Shown: piece after piece, positions 26,995 through 40,420 of the stretch
How positions within the stretch are numbered: the first letter of the stretch is position 1
How the letters are laid out: every line of letters begins with the position of its first letter
Assembly (NCBI RefSeq): GCF_902652985.1
Contig: NC_047026.1
Location: 3,286,001 to 3,350,000 of the forward strand
DNA from: Pecten maximus
Lineage: Eukaryota
Reading direction: 5' to 3'
Length of the DNA: 64,000 bases
Position numbers and translations under genes: made by a program
The notes under the pieces: model-generated
Seen by the model: the letters and a program-made list of their open reading frames with translations, nothing else
Databases searched by the model: none
What the model was told of the DNA's origin: nothing

Positions 26995-28967
26995 AACAGT
27001 GTTTTAATGATTATGCACAGACACCCATGATATACTTGTATAATATATTATTATTATGATGTAATCAATGCTTGTGTTCATAATTAAACACATTGCGATT
27101 GTACAAGCTTTCAATAAGGGTATGTTTGATACAATTATGACTTTTCAAACAAAAGTCATAATCATTTAAAGCGGGTACATGTTTTCTGAACTACCCTATA
27201 ATATGTCATTTTTAGGACTAGACAAGACAGACTCAGCAGAAATATGTCTTCTCTAAAGCTCGTGTCATTTCAAAATTTTGTAATTAACTAACGAGAGTTA
27301 AATGAAAATTATAAACAATTGTGATGGGCCGATATTTTTCTGTTGTCTGAATACCACAATAACCTCAGTTTTACCAGAGCTGGTATAGACGTGTCAGTCA
27401 CAAGCAATCGGGAACCATCGGCTTTTTCCATAAAATAAAAAGGTTCCCGATTGGTTTACATGGTTTAACGCGCTACGTTTTCCGATGTTTTCTTTTAAAT
27501 TCCTGTCCAATTGTCTTCAAGCAAACGGTTTGTTCCGGACAAAGCTGTGCAACCAAAGGCAAAACCAGACTTGATAAATTTCACATCAACATATTCTATT
27601 CAGAATCCAGCACATATTTTCTACTATTCAGTTAAAGTGGAAATAACTGGAAATTGGATTTCCTGTGATCGCTGATTGATCATAGACTCTTAATCTATTT
27701 AAAACATTTGAAAACATTTCGATTATAAACATTTCCCTTGAAGGGTAAACATGGGGAAATTTGGACAGTTTCAGTTCAGATTATTTTGAAGGGAGCTCTT
27801 ACCAAGTGTTCATGTGAAATGTGTTGACGAGATACATGTATGTAGGAGTTATCTCCCGTAGCCCGTGACCTTTTCATAACCCCTCCCCGCCGCGATTTTG
27901 AGAAGATGCAGCTAGCCCTCTGGCCGAAGAGAAGAAAGACGTTAAATCAAAGTAATATTTATTTATGTTGACGTTGGTATACTTTGTAAGAGCGACTTAT
28001 TTTTTCTCATCCTATAATTCAAAGTAGTTATTTTCTAAGACAAAGAACATTTCTTTTGCAAAGTATCTGAAAAATATTCCGTGTTTATAATGTGCGGATT
28101 TCCTACAAGGATTTTTTTTCTACAAGGGAAACTTCTGACATTGATACGGGGAAATCCAAACACATAATTTAATCCAATTATGTATTGATGATATGATATT
28201 CCGTCATACAAAGAACAAAATCTGCAAATTCAGTTAGAATTCAGTACATCCGTAATGTCATATCATTTCATACATGACTGTACGCCTACGATAAATATCG
28301 TTTCAATGCCCCTACTCTCTGATGCAAGTCATAACACCAAAGTTCATTAATGACCTTCAGCGACCATTCACTATCAGATTTGAAAACCTGAGTGGGCACC
28401 TGGAGGGTAAATATACTTAGCTGTATCTTTTTTTTTTTTTTTTTTTTAGATTTTTACAGTTTTTCGGTATTTTGTTATGTGAGCGATACCCACTTTGAAG
28501 CTATTTTACGTTTCAAAAAGTGCATCGCAATTCGCGCCATGTATTTCTTTTTCAAAATATACTAAACATGATCAAGTTACGTAGTTGACTTATAAAATAA
28601 CAATAGATAACAAAAAAGTAAAAAAAAAAAAAAAATGATAAAAACCATGCTTTACCTACTCAGAAAATTTACTTCAGTACTTTAAGAGAGTTAATTTATA
28701 TCATTTAATCACTAGAATATCAACATAATAAATAAATGAATCAAGAAAAAAGAAGAAAAATGGATAAAATAACACCATGCTTTACCTACTCACACGAGTT
28801 TACTTTAGTACTTTATGAGAGTTTAATCATATTTTTAATCTCTAGAACACAAACATAACACCAAAACAAATCGATCATACGGGGTCAAAGAAAAACATAG
28901 ATTTGTATAAATACCCCTGAAAAAGTACGAAGAAATTTTAAACTTGACTGCTATCAATCATAAAAGT

Positions 28968-29570
28968 TGTTATATTATGGATATTCACAATGTTAAGAAT
29001 ATTGAAATATTAGTTTAAATACTGCTACGTTTATGGTTGGTGTAGAAAAATTACTGGTCAAGACAAAATTCATATTTGTTGATAATGTGACAGTTGATAG
29101 AGGAATGGGGGTCTGGCTGGAGTTTTATAATTACAAATGAATATAATTTTCGCTCCCTAATTTGATTCCAATAAAGATGGGGGATTAATATCACTTAAGG
29201 GGAATAACGATGGCGAGTACATGTGGTCATTTGTAATTAGCATATTAATGGATCGAATCCGCGAGTTTGAGCGGAGACAAGTGTTTTAGAATGGCTTAAT
29301 AATGATCATTAATCGAAAGAAATATTTTATTACTTTAATGAGCTAGATGTTGTTGTTCTAGATGGTTCTTGGTTGTTATGTATAAATAGAACTGTCTGAG
29401 AGTTGAGCTCTAGTATGTAGAACATCGCCGACCGAGTAACATCTCCGGTCCGCAGGCTCCGGTCAGTACTCAGCATCTATGTAACCTGTACTTGGAAACT
29501 CTGGAAGCCTTCCAGCGACGAATAAAACATGCCTTCAGAAGATTGCCTTTGTGTCATCTGTCCGGTACCA
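28968..29570 (+). mobile_element. Possible solo LTR inserted upstream of TRIM copy 3 exon 1
   Basis: About 0.6-kb insertion relative to paralogues (13015, 43165). TG..CA ends, TATAAATA at 29381, AATAAA at 29521. No clean TSD found. Confidence 0.4.
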
Positions 29571-29649
29571 ATATCCATTACGCTTTAAATCCGGATAGTA
29601 TTTGTTCCCAGGTTCTATTTTTAAGTGTAACTCGGTCGACCTATACCAC

Positions 29650-29712
29650 CACGTGATCACGTGCAGATAACGACAAACTGGGATCAGTGGTATATAGAGC
29701 TGTACGGTGAGT
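29650..29712 (+). promoter_or_regulatory. Double E-box palindrome and putative exon-1 donor (GTGAGT at 29707) of TRIM copy 3
   Basis: Paralogous to 13092-13154. Confidence 0.5.
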
Positions 29713-30349
29713 GTTGTGTGTTTAAAACTCCGAACTCCTGTCAAACACAATTTTTTTTATTCCTGGCCAATCTATCAATATCCTTTTATAGACGACGTCG
29801 TAGGTGGATGTGTAAATATACTAATTTTATGGGTACTATATCGTTTCCAAACTATTTTGTGTATTAAGGTTACGGAAACTGAAAGTACCAAATGTACGTC
29901 TGACTATCAGATCTGCACATCACGACCACATACTTGACACGTTTCTTTGACCTAAAATGAAATATTACTTGCTGCAGGATCCCACCACCAGTTCATTCAT
30001 AACTGACCGTGTCAATTTCTCGTGTGTATTAACCCCGTCCCCGCCCCCACCCCCGCCCCCGCCGCATCGCGAGTCACACACCTACAAAAACCAATAGTTA
30101 TACACTGTCTACAATATTAAAGCTGTCCGGCCATCTGTCAATAATCGTCCGCGGTACAAACCTACCTGTCCTTCGTATAAAGTACGGTTTCCAGTTATCA
30201 ACGAATGTAGGGAAATCAGTAACACATTTAGTAAGTCCTATATTACTCGCCTTCCTCCTGATTACCTGGTACATGTAAATCTTTATCAGAAATCAACATG
30301 TGGACATGTGTTAAATATAATAATAAAATACAATTCTTCACTTTAACTG

Positions 30350-30597
30350 CTCACTATAATCCGTACGTAAACCTGATTACTATAATCCGTATGTGTACCT
30401 GATCACTATAATCCGTATGTGTACCTGATCACTATAATCCGTATGTATACTTGATTACTATAATCCGTATGTATACCTTATCACTATAATCCGTATGTGT
30501 ACCTGATTACTATAATCCATATGTGTACCTAATAACTATAATCCGTATGTATACCTGATCACTATAATCCGTATGTATACCTGATCACTATAATCCG
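30350..30597 (+). repeat. 26-bp minisatellite array A3, left part
   Basis: Direct periodicity. Interrupted by the LINE. Confidence 0.95.
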
Positions 30598-31429
30598 AAC
30601 CAAACCAATATGGGGGTGTGGCGTTGTGGGCAGGTCCATGTAGGCCAGTCGCTATATAGTGGTGTAAAATTATCCCACGTTATAGTTTTTTTTTGTCGTG
30701 GGAGGCGACCGAAGGGAGCCAAGAGGCTTACTATATAATTATATTAAAAAATTATCTTTATATATTTTAAGTTATTTTTACAAAAAATATCGGTAGATAT
30801 ATATGTGTGTTCAAGAGTGAAATTATTGTCGTATGTTGGTGTTCAAATAAGGGGCGATATATAATGTGTCTATTATGTACCCTGGGTTTAAGGCCACCAG
30901 TTACACCCACAGGCGCTTGCATAGAAAATGAGAATTAAAAAAAAATGATATCAGTGGTATGTGTACTGTGTAATACGGAAGGCCGGAAACTCCGTCACGA
31001 GCGAAACGGCACCCCATCTCACTTCAATCCACTACAAAACACATTTATTCAAACTGACACGGTGCACACTATATGCGACCGTCATCAGGAAACATTCATC
31101 TTTACCTACCGTGTCACTCAATACGAAATTGTTACATTGCTGAGGGAGAAAAAACCTACTGAAAGGCTGATAATGTTATCCCTATCAAAAAGTCTATATC
31201 GGTAGAAAAAATACTTCCCTATTGATACGGGCTTTATATAATAGTTCTAAAAAAATATGAGACATAGATGAGTGAAGATGAGTCAAGAGTTGTCACGCCA
31301 TATTATGGCATTATATAAATTCAGTGTTAGTTAAAATATTTAAAAAGTGGCCTTATAATTTAGGACGAGACAGGTCCCTGTGCCCCTCGTCATTGTGTTG
31401 GGGACAGGTATTGTCTTACAAAGTATAAT

Positions 31430-34400
31430 AAAAGGTTTAAAAGCACGTGACAAGCACCTAGATTTTGATGGTTATTTTAAAGAAAATGAGATGTATTTAT
31501 AATGTATTTTCTATATCAGCCTTAGAAATATATTTAAGTACTGCCGTAGTAACTTTGGGATTGTCTGCAAATAGATTTGGAAATATATTAATTAGTGTGG
31601 ATGGCTGTATGTCCATATCCCGGAATAGCCTCTGCCTCTGTATATAAAAACGATCACATTTTAATAAATAATGTTCAATGGTTTCTGGTACGTTGCAAGT
31701 TTCGCAAAGACCGTCTGCATGTAGATTCATCTGAAATAGATAATGATTTAATCGGCATTTTCCTAATCTTAAACGTGTATAAGCAGTGACTAATTGTTTG
31801 TTATTACAGATAATTTTTTGGGGGGAACGTTTTTAGAATTGGCATATGTGTTTTCATTGATTTGCCGATTTCAGGATCCCCCAAGTATGTTTGCCAGCAA
31901 TCAAACAATTTATTCTGTAAAAAAGAATGTATTTCTCCTTTCACTAAAGGTACATGTATGTCAATTTTTTTCTGAATTTAGAGAACTTTTGGCCCTCGGC
32001 ATCAGCCATGTCGTTTCCATGGATACCAATATGACTTGGTATCCATGTCAAGGTTACAGTGCTACCTAAAATAGAAGATACAGTGTAATTTCAAAATTTC
32101 GTATATAATCGGGTTTGTAATTTTATGTTCTGATGTTTGTTTTTGGTTAGAAACTTGAGCTGTCGTTATAAAAATATTATATATTACTTAATCGGAACTT
32201 ATTTTTAATGTCTAAGGCTGGAATGACAAAAGCACATCCACAATTTTGAGTATTAGGATCTTTAGAGCCATCTGTATATATATATGTACTCCTTAAGTGA
32301 GTCAATAAAAAGTCGTGTTGGTACTATGGCGTCTGCAGGAGACATGGATTTATTTACGGTCTCGTGCAAGTCTATATTAATTATCGGTTTGTTCAGGGTC
32401 CACAATGGGATTGAACTAAACTCTGCTGTATGAACGTTGATATTACCCAGCTGAAAAGTAGATTGGATATCTTTTAGACATGTATAATACGATTTGTATG
32501 AAGGCAGTATTTTATTTTCATTATATTTAAATTTAAAGTCATTTTCAAGACTTTCCAATGTAGGATGCGCCATTGTCAGCCCCTCAAGTTTTAATTGGTA
32601 TTTTGCGATGATGGAATTTCGGCGTATTTAAAGCGGAGGGTCTCCGGCCTCGGCTTGGAAACTAGAGAGTGAAGTTCCCTTCATGGCATGCAGACAGATA
32701 GCCAGACATTTGCATTGTACAACATTTAATTTTTCTAATTGTGAGTTACTGGCCGAGTTGTAAACTGCGGCACCGTAGTCTAGTATACTACGTATTAGAG
32801 TTTTATATAACGTCAATAATGTATAGCGGTCACACCCCCAGTCTGTTCCGCTTAAATACTTGAGTACATTTAGCCGCTGTTCACAACGTTGTACAATATT
32901 TTCGATATGTGGACCCCAGGTAAGTCCACTATCGAAGTACATACCTAGAAATTTTATTACATTTGCAAGTGATATTTTTGTGTCTCCCATTTGTATTTCT
33001 ACATCTGACAATTTTGAGTGTAAACTCGCACTTTGTTTTTTCCTGAAAAGAACACCAACTGTTTTTGTTTTTGATATTTTGAAACCCCATGTATTACACC
33101 AGTTTAGTATTTTTGTTATTTCTGTGGATATACAGGTACTTAGAAATTTGATATTTCTGTGTGTCTTCCAGATGGCGCTGTCATCTGCGAACTGAGAAAT
33201 ATCTTTTTTATTGTTAAGACAGTCTGATATATCATTTATACATATATTAAAAAGAGTTGGGCTGAGAACTGAGCCCTGGGGTTACTGTTCTCTAGATAGT
33301 GGGTATCGGATATTTCATTTCCGATCCGTACTTGTATAAATCGATCCTGTAAAAAATCTTTAATAAATGCATACATATTTCCATTTATTCCAATATTTTT
33401 CATTTTATACAGTAAACCATCCCTCCACATCATGTCAAAGGCCTTTTCAAAATCTATGAACACTGCTAGTAGCGACTCCTTATTTAAGTTGGCCTTTCTA
33501 ATTTCGTTTTCTAATTTCACCAGTTGGTCTACGGCGCCTCTATTTTTCCGGAACCCGCATTGATTTACAGATATGACACGTTTCTGTTCTAAAAACCATT
33601 TCAACCTGTTGTTGACCATTTTTTCCATAATTTTGCATAATGTGGAGGTGAGTGATATTGGTCGATATGATTGTGGTACGTTAGGGTTTTTCCCCGATTT
33701 AAATATGGGTATTACAATTGAGTGTTTCCACTCTGTCGGGAGAACACGTTTTTCCCAGACCATATTTATAAAATCCAAAACTACTTTTTTGGCAGACACA
33801 GATAATTTTCTGTACATGTTATATGTGATATTGTCATCCCCCGGGCTAGTCTCTTTAGTTTGAGACAGCGCTTCAATAAACTCCTGAAAAGTAAACATAT
33901 TATTAATATTACTTGTACATGGCACGGTATCATTTACATATTCTGAGTATTGTTGATCAAATTCAGATTTATTTTTAATAAAATCATCTGTATAATTAAT
34001 TGTTTTGCTTACTGCAGTGTAGGTTTCTGCTAAAAGATTACATTTTCAGTATTAGTAATAACATATCTATTATAGTATTGGTATTTAATAATGCTGGTAT
34101 TTGTTTGCTGGTGTTTGAGGTTTTCATGTTTCTTACTGCCTTCCATACTTTTGCTAGAGATGTGTCGTCATTCATATTATTACAAAAAATTCTCCAATAT
34201 TTCTCTTTGGTTTCTAAAAGTGTTTGCTTGGATAATTCTCTCTTACGCCGATAATCTTGTAAGTTTTCATTATTAAAATCACGTCGGGCTTTATTATATG
34301 CCCGGTGCTTGTCACGTACAGCCCGAGTACACTCCCCGTTCCACCACGGTACTGCAGATCTATTTATTGTTTTTTTCTGCTTTTTCGGAACACAGCTAAC

Positions 34401-35233
34401 AGTAATGTTTATAATGGTATTAATAAGTTTAGTGTGGCTGCTCTCGACATTACCGTCTAAGAGTGCGGGAGTTACCTCCCTTGTACTGGTGGTTTTGTAT
34501 CTTTCCCAGTCAGTCTTTTGAAAATTCCATCTTGGCTTGTTTACAGTATCATTTAAAAGTGGTTTTTATTATAAATTGTTAAAACAGGATAGTGATCACT
34601 ATCAAAATTATCTGGATATACATTCCAGGTACAATCTCCCGCTATTGTGGTAGTAGCTATTGTTAGGTCTATCGGTTATATATCCAGGGTAGCTGGTCAT
34701 GGGCTCACACTGGTTCCAGAACCATCATTTAGTAAAACAAGATTAGTATTATTTATATACTCATACAAAACTTTACCCTTGGGGTCACACCTGGTACCGC
34801 CCCAGAGAGTGTATGGTGACTATTAAAGACTCTTAAAATATATGGAGTATCTATATATTTGTTAAGTTCTGTATTGTCAGATACAACATTTGTCTTACAT
34901 GCATTATATATATCAATTATACTTTGATTTGTCATTTAGTTTAATGACAACACCGATAACTTCCATGACTTTACTGGTAATATTAAGTTCATGATAACTT
35001 TCTCGTACATATATAGCCACCCCACCTCTTCCTTATGAACGGTTTTTTAATATCGGCGGAGAAAAACCTGGAATATAAAAACTTGCGTTTTCTTTCCACC
35101 ACGTTTCCTGTAAGCAAATGACGTGTATATCATGTCTATTTTCAATAAATTTTAAAAACTCAAAACCATGTTTTGCTATGCTCCGGGCATTCCATTGTAG
35201 GATGCCTATACCCGTGGTGTTTTTGGTAGACAT
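31430..35233 (-). pseudogene. LINE ORF2 (endonuclease-reverse transcriptase-RNase H), multiply frameshifted; 3' boundary approximate
   Basis: Motifs: ILQWNARS, ICLQETW and SDHYPV (APE); YRPISLTS, QCGFR, FIDFEKAFD, QFADDSAIW and KFLGMYFD (RT); YTDGSK (RNase H, about 32260-32280); CETC..ETIEHYLLKC. Confidence 0.92.
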
Positions 35234-35234
35234 A

Positions 35235-36405
35235 TTATGTCACAAGTGTATCGGGTAACATTGTGCTGTCAAGCTTGACTCCAAATATGGATTCAGCTTG
35301 ACTAAGTACATATATGAGAATTTCTGTCCAACTAGAACCTTCATTGGGTTTGGCGATGACAGAAACTGCTAACTGTAGTAGCTTTTTGATAGGTACTGTC
35401 ACCACAGGTTCCTGTGGGACAGTAACGGACGGCCGGCCGGCCGGCCGGCCGGACGGACGGACGGAAGGTCGGGCTGACTTTTGGGGATGTTAAAATCAGC
35501 TACCCCGGAGTACGGTACGGGGTTAATTGTTTCCGGTGTGTTCTCGGAGACTGACTGTGCAAAAGATTTTTTTTTATATTCTTGTACCGCCTCTCGACGT
35601 GAACAATGTTCCGTGACCTGTATTTGAATATCTACAGCCTTTTCCCTGGCCGTACAACCCCCGTAGGCGGCACTTTGTGCCCCCTCACAGTTTACACACT
35701 TTTTAATTTCAGCCCCACAATCGACCACCTTGTGGTCTCCCCCTACATTTCTGACACCTTTGTTTGCCTTTACATTTGGCAGCTATGTGCCCGTATCTAT
35801 TACAATTGTAACATCTTAAAGGAGGTTTGACTGTGTACGCACGGTAGCCTAGGGCTACACTCTCTGGTAGTTCTTTAGTATTAAAGACTAAACGGACAAT
35901 TGTACTGTTTTCGTATTGCTTTCCCTTCATACGGATGGCTTTAAACACACCTATGTCTTTAAGGTTATCTACACTATCTACCTCAGTTAGCTCGGTGCTA
36001 ACTCCGTATATTACTCCTTCTGACTTATTTGAGGAGACGGGCTCCTTCACGCTTACCTTATACAATGTACTCACCTAAGGTTTTAATCTTCTGGAGTTTT
36101 ATTTTTTGTTGCTCATCAGCACATGTCACTACCAAATCGCCATTCCCCAGCCCTCTGATGTTCTTTGCTGGGTACTCTGTAACTGCAGAAAGTAATTTCT
36201 GTATGACGATGGGGTTTTTAAGCGCCAACTTTATGTTATGGCCTTTAATTATCAGTGAGTATTTGTCTGGTTTACTCACCGTAGTAGCTTCGGCTTGAGG
36301 GGAGTCTTTCCTCTCAGATATTATTTTAGGGGTGGTAAACTCTCCCGTAAACCTCTCGAAATCCATCGCAGAGGTGGAATCTTCACATTCTTCATACGCA
36401 TCCAT
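35235..36405 (-). pseudogene. LINE ORF1 gag-like zinc-knuckle protein, frameshifted
   Basis: MDAYEE start, PLRCYNCNRYGHIAAKC, RCQKCRG and KCVNCEG(A)QSAAYGGC, split over three ORFs. Confidence 0.88.
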
Positions 36406-36706
36406 GTTGGCGGAAAAGACCGACCTTAAGTGTATAGACAGATATCTACAGACAGACGGATTAACCGACGACGGACGTAGGGTGTGAAAACGACGGACGA
36501 AATGACGACACAAAACAGACGACGGACGACGGACGACGACAGACGACGGACGACAATATAGACGAATGATCGCTATGAGAAATACGCAATGCGTATGCGG
36601 TGACTGAAGGTGTCGGCGTGGCCTAATGGCTCAGTACCGGCGCCCTCCCTAACACCGATATGATCACAATCACGTGGTACTGACCACTTGTCAGAAAAAC
36701 GAGACG

Positions 36707-37686
36707 TATAATCCGTATGTGTACCTGGTCACTATAATCCGTATGTGTACCTGACCTCTATAACCGTATGTGTACCTGATCACTATAATCCGTATGTATA
36801 CCTGATCACTATAATCCGTATGTATACCTGATCACTATATTATGTATGTGTACCTGATCACTATAATCCGAATGTGTAACTGGGTATCGTGTCACAAAGC
36901 TTCGTAACTTATCCATATCCACCCTGTCGTAACTAACGAAAACATTTAAAATCGTGCGCAAGCATGCACTTTTGAACAGAAAATGACGTCGTACTCGATC
37001 ACAAATTAGCATAAGAGAGCGATATGCCTTTTGAGCGATTGTTTCGAGGTGAAACCGGGTTTTGAACTCGAGGAGGGATGCCAGCAAGATACACATTGTC
37101 ATGAAACTAATTGTACGCATATTCGTAGACATGTAAACAGGTAGTCTATTTTAAGAACATTAGGTATATCGATATCCATTGAGGAAAATCTGTGAAAATA
37201 GCGTTGTTTCTGTTTGTTTTACCGCATGATAAACTATATGAAATTATAATTTTAGAGAAATTTGATCTTCTATCAACAATACGGTTGTTCTGATAGAACA
37301 AAATAATGATCCTAATCTGTGTAGGTGACTCGGGAATAGGACCGGCGTCCAATTTTCACCTCAAAAGTGTCGTCCTTTTTTACCTCCATGTTAGAGAGTG
37401 GTATATTTTTACCGGGAGAACGTACGATTTTGACGTAAGATACGAAAAAAGTTACAATATTTGTAAAACGATACCCAGGTCACTATAATCTGTATATGTA
37501 TCTGATCAGGATAATCCGTATGTGTACCTGGTCACTATAATCTGTATATGTATATGTATCTGATCACTATAATCCGCATGTATCTCCAATCACTATTATC
37601 CGTATCCCTACCTGATTACTATAATACGTACGTGTACCTGATCACTATAATCCTTATATATATATATGTACCTGATCACTATAATA
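36707..37686 (+). repeat. 26-bp minisatellite array A3, right part, interrupted by a MITE
   Basis: Units at 36707-36880 and 37478-37686. Confidence 0.93.
36882..37476. mobile_element. MITE, possibly PIF/Harbinger-type
   Basis: Imperfect TIRs of about 28 bp: GGGTATCGTGTCACAAAGCTTCGTAACTT / AAGTTACAATATTTGTAAAACGATACCC. Inserted at the CTG of a satellite unit (CWG-like flanks). Confidence 0.7.
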
Positions 37687-37828
37687 TGTTTTCACTGTTA
37701 TTTATATATTCTTCAGTAAATGATAGTTGATATCTAAAACTCATTAAAGTAATGATGACAAAGACACTGTTATTAAGATTGTTTTTCCATCCTGGTATGT
37801 TTACAGATACCATCGCATATTAAACGTA

Positions 37829-39820
37829 ATGGCTGAAGGTGGAACCTCTAACGATGTCCCCGACAGTCCCAGAACTCCGAAGGAGGCCCGGCTGTTAGAT
37901 TGTTCGATTTGTCTGGAGCAGCTGCACGAACCAAAGTCCCTCCCGTGTCTTCATTCCTTCTGTCAGGAATGTCTGTCCACCTTCATCACCAAAGACCTGT
38001 CGGGAAAGATGGCGTCGGCGACTGCCTTCCCTTGTCCTGTGTGTAGGAAGTTGACACAGCCGGTCAACCCGTCTGAGGACAAGGAGAAATGGGCTCAACA
38101 ATTCCCAGCCAATGTAATAGTGAAAGATCTGGTAAAGTCCACGGCACTTGAGCAGATGTACTGTAAACCTTGCGGGAAGAAAGGAAAACCTGGGATCCCG
38201 GCAGCGATATGGTGTGAAATATGCAAGGCGTTCTTCTGTGAAAAATGTAAAGTCGATTTTCACGATTGGATTCACGAAGATTGTGAATCAGTAGCTGTAA
38301 CAGGGAAGACAGGAATTACTCCGCGACAAGTAACAGAACAGATCCGATGTGAAAAACACGCGAAGGAGGTCGATTACTATTGTGAGGACCATCAGGTACT
38401 TGGCTGTAGTAGATGTATCACCATAGACCACAGACGATGTGACGTAGTGACAACGACACAAGAATACTGTGACAAACTGAAGACGGAGTCACGACTGGAG
38501 GATCGAAAAGAATCACTACAGAAGACAAAGGAGGCTATCAAGTTGCTCGTCAAAACATTTGGCGAGAAACTTCAAATCCTCCTAGAAGATCAAAATTCTG
38601 GATTTGACAGTTTAACAGATCTTCGAAAACAGGTCGACCTACGTCTTGACGCCATGCAGAAGGACATCACAGACAAACTGGTATCGTCTTACAAGCAAGA
38701 AAAGGAAAATTTGGACTTGTCTATTAAGAAATGTGAACGTCTGATGTCATCCATTGAGAACACAGTAGAAAGCTCCGAGACAGCTGTTCAGAGGAATGAT
38801 AGCGTAAACACAATACTGATGTACCAGAGAGGCCAGGCGGAAATGGAGTCCTACCAGAACCTGATCACGGAAATAAGGAAGTCTTTTGCTTCCGTCAGAA
38901 TAAAACATGTCGTCGATCCCAGTCTGGTCAGGTTGGATAAGGATAGTCCACTGTCGTTAGGAAACGTCATTATAGAGAAAAAACCAGAACAGCTCCCAAA
39001 AGGAATAAGTACCATGAGGCCTTTGTGCGAATGTGACGTGATGGAGGTAGGCAAATTCAGCATCAAGTGTCCATCAGATGGACGCGATTGTGATGCAGCT
39101 GGTATTGTTTACTTACCTGATGATCATATCGTTGTAGGAGATTGCAACAATAACAAAATAAAGTTGTTTACAGCTTCAGGGAAAGGTTTGGATGAGATGA
39201 AGGTTACAGGACACCCGATTGATATGTGTTGTGTAGATGATGACACTATAGCGGCCGCTATCGTCAATTCTGAAATACACATAATCAAAGCGAACCATGC
39301 AAATCTAACTTTGTCTTCCAAAATAAAACTTTCTATCGAAGCAGGCCCATATGGTATCACTTACTCAAATGAGGCGTTTACTGTGAGTACTCCGACCGAT
39401 GTGTATAGAGTCAGTAAGGATGGGGTATCGACCAAAATTGCTTCCTATTCAAATGACTGCTATCATCTTACGTGCGACCCAAGGACAGGACACATATATG
39501 GAAGTCAACGGACATCCGAGGATGGTAATGTAGCTGTATACAGACTGTCAGACAGTAAACTTACAAGCATATCAAAAGTTGGTTTGCTGAAGTACGTGTT
39601 TGGTGTAGACGTCGACGGTGACGGCAATGTGTACGTGTGTGGGTGGGAGTCCGATAACGTGGTACAGATGTCAGGTGACGGGACAAACGTCAGAGAGCTG
39701 CTGACGTCATTAAACGGTGTAGACAAACCGAGGGCGATATCTGTGTGTGGGAACAAATTCGTGGTTACAAACCAATCATCACAAAATCGTAATGACGTGC
39801 GCGTGTTTGAACTTTACTGA
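37829..39820 (+). CDS. TRIM (RING-B-box1-B-box2-coiled coil-NHL-like) copy 3, 663 aa
   Basis: Intact ORF with the same domains as the other copies. Acceptor TTTACAG ends at 37806. Confidence 0.93.
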   Translation: MAEGGTSNDVPDSPRTPKEARLLDCSICLEQLHEPKSLPCLHSFCQECLSTFITKDLSGKMASATAFPCPVCRKLTQPVNPSEDKEKWAQQFPANVIVKDLVKSTALEQMYCKPCGKKGKPGIPAAIWCEICKAFFCEKCKVDFHDWIHEDCESVAVTGKTGITPRQVTEQIRCEKHAKEVDYYCEDHQVLGCSRCITIDHRRCDVVTTTQEYCDKLKTESRLEDRKESLQKTKEAIKLLVKTFGEKLQILLEDQNSGFDSLTDLRKQVDLRLDAMQKDITDKLVSSYKQEKENLDLSIKKCERLMSSIENTVESSETAVQRNDSVNTILMYQRGQAEMESYQNLITEIRKSFASVRIKHVVDPSLVRLDKDSPLSLGNVIIEKKPEQLPKGISTMRPLCECDVMEVGKFSIKCPSDGRDCDAAGIVYLPDDHIVVGDCNNNKIKLFTASGKGLDEMKVTGHPIDMCCVDDDTIAAAIVNSEIHIIKANHANLTLSSKIKLSIEAGPYGITYSNEAFTVSTPTDVYRVSKDGVSTKIASYSNDCYHLTCDPRTGHIYGSQRTSEDGNVAVYRLSDSKLTSISKVGLLKYVFGVDVDGDGNVYVCGWESDNVVQMSGDGTNVRELLTSLNGVDKPRAISVCGNKFVVTNQSSQNRNDVRVFELY

Positions 39821-40080
39821 TCAGTAACTATGACAGTTGGTAACAGTAACAGTATTCTGATATGGGTGGACGTGAGATGTATTCGGGCCCTGGAAGCTTT
39901 TTCTTAACAAATTAACAACAAACTCTAGCATTCATGATGTATAACTAGAGTGGATGTAGGCCCAGGACTCACTGGTTAATCCTGCTGATTATTGAATACA
40001 AATACAATCAATCCAGATAACAGTTTGTGTAGAAATAACATTGTGTGAATGTAAGGAAGTTCGGTTTTATACAATGATGT

Positions 40081-40420
40081 AAACTTTCATGTCCAAAGGT
40101 CAAATGAGCGTATATCGTGGCGCGGCGACCGTCGTCCGTCGTCCGTCAGACTGGTGTCAATATTTCCATTGTTTTTTTTTTTTTTTTTTGATAACCAAGA
40201 GGCTCAGAAACATGCTATTGGGCCTGTAACATGCTTCGACAAAGACCTACAAACTTTGTTCAAATAAATGACCTTGATCTACTTACTTAAAGGGGTCGAA
40301 TGTACTGAATTTTTTTTTTCAACAACCATGTGACACAGGATCATGATATTGGTGCAGTAGCATTCTGGGATAAAGGAGTACCGAGTATGTTCACATGTCA
40401 AATGTGTTAAACATATTTAT
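40081..40420 (+). mobile_element. Partial HINE-like insertion in the 3' flank of copy 3
   Basis: Paralogous to 18700-19010, with a (CGTC)n tract. Confidence 0.5.

Larger units (their letters stand above)
30598..36706 (-). mobile_element. Full-length, decayed non-LTR retrotransposon of the I group (I/Nimb-like)
   Basis: ORF1 with CCHC knuckles. ORF2 with APE, RT, RNase H and a C-terminal CCHC. Flanked by TATAATCCG at 30589-30597 and 36707-36715 (candidate TSD). Confidence 0.92.

Noticed and set aside
36560-36706. HDV-like ribozyme in the LINE 5'UTR
   Set aside because: The region is GC-rich, but I could not build the nested double pseudoknot by eye. It needs a motif search.
30598-36706. LINE RT as a DGR-like diversifier of the TRIM genes
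   Set aside because: It is an ordinary decayed LINE present in only one repeat unit. TRIM variation is not adenine-specific and there is no template/variable repeat pair.
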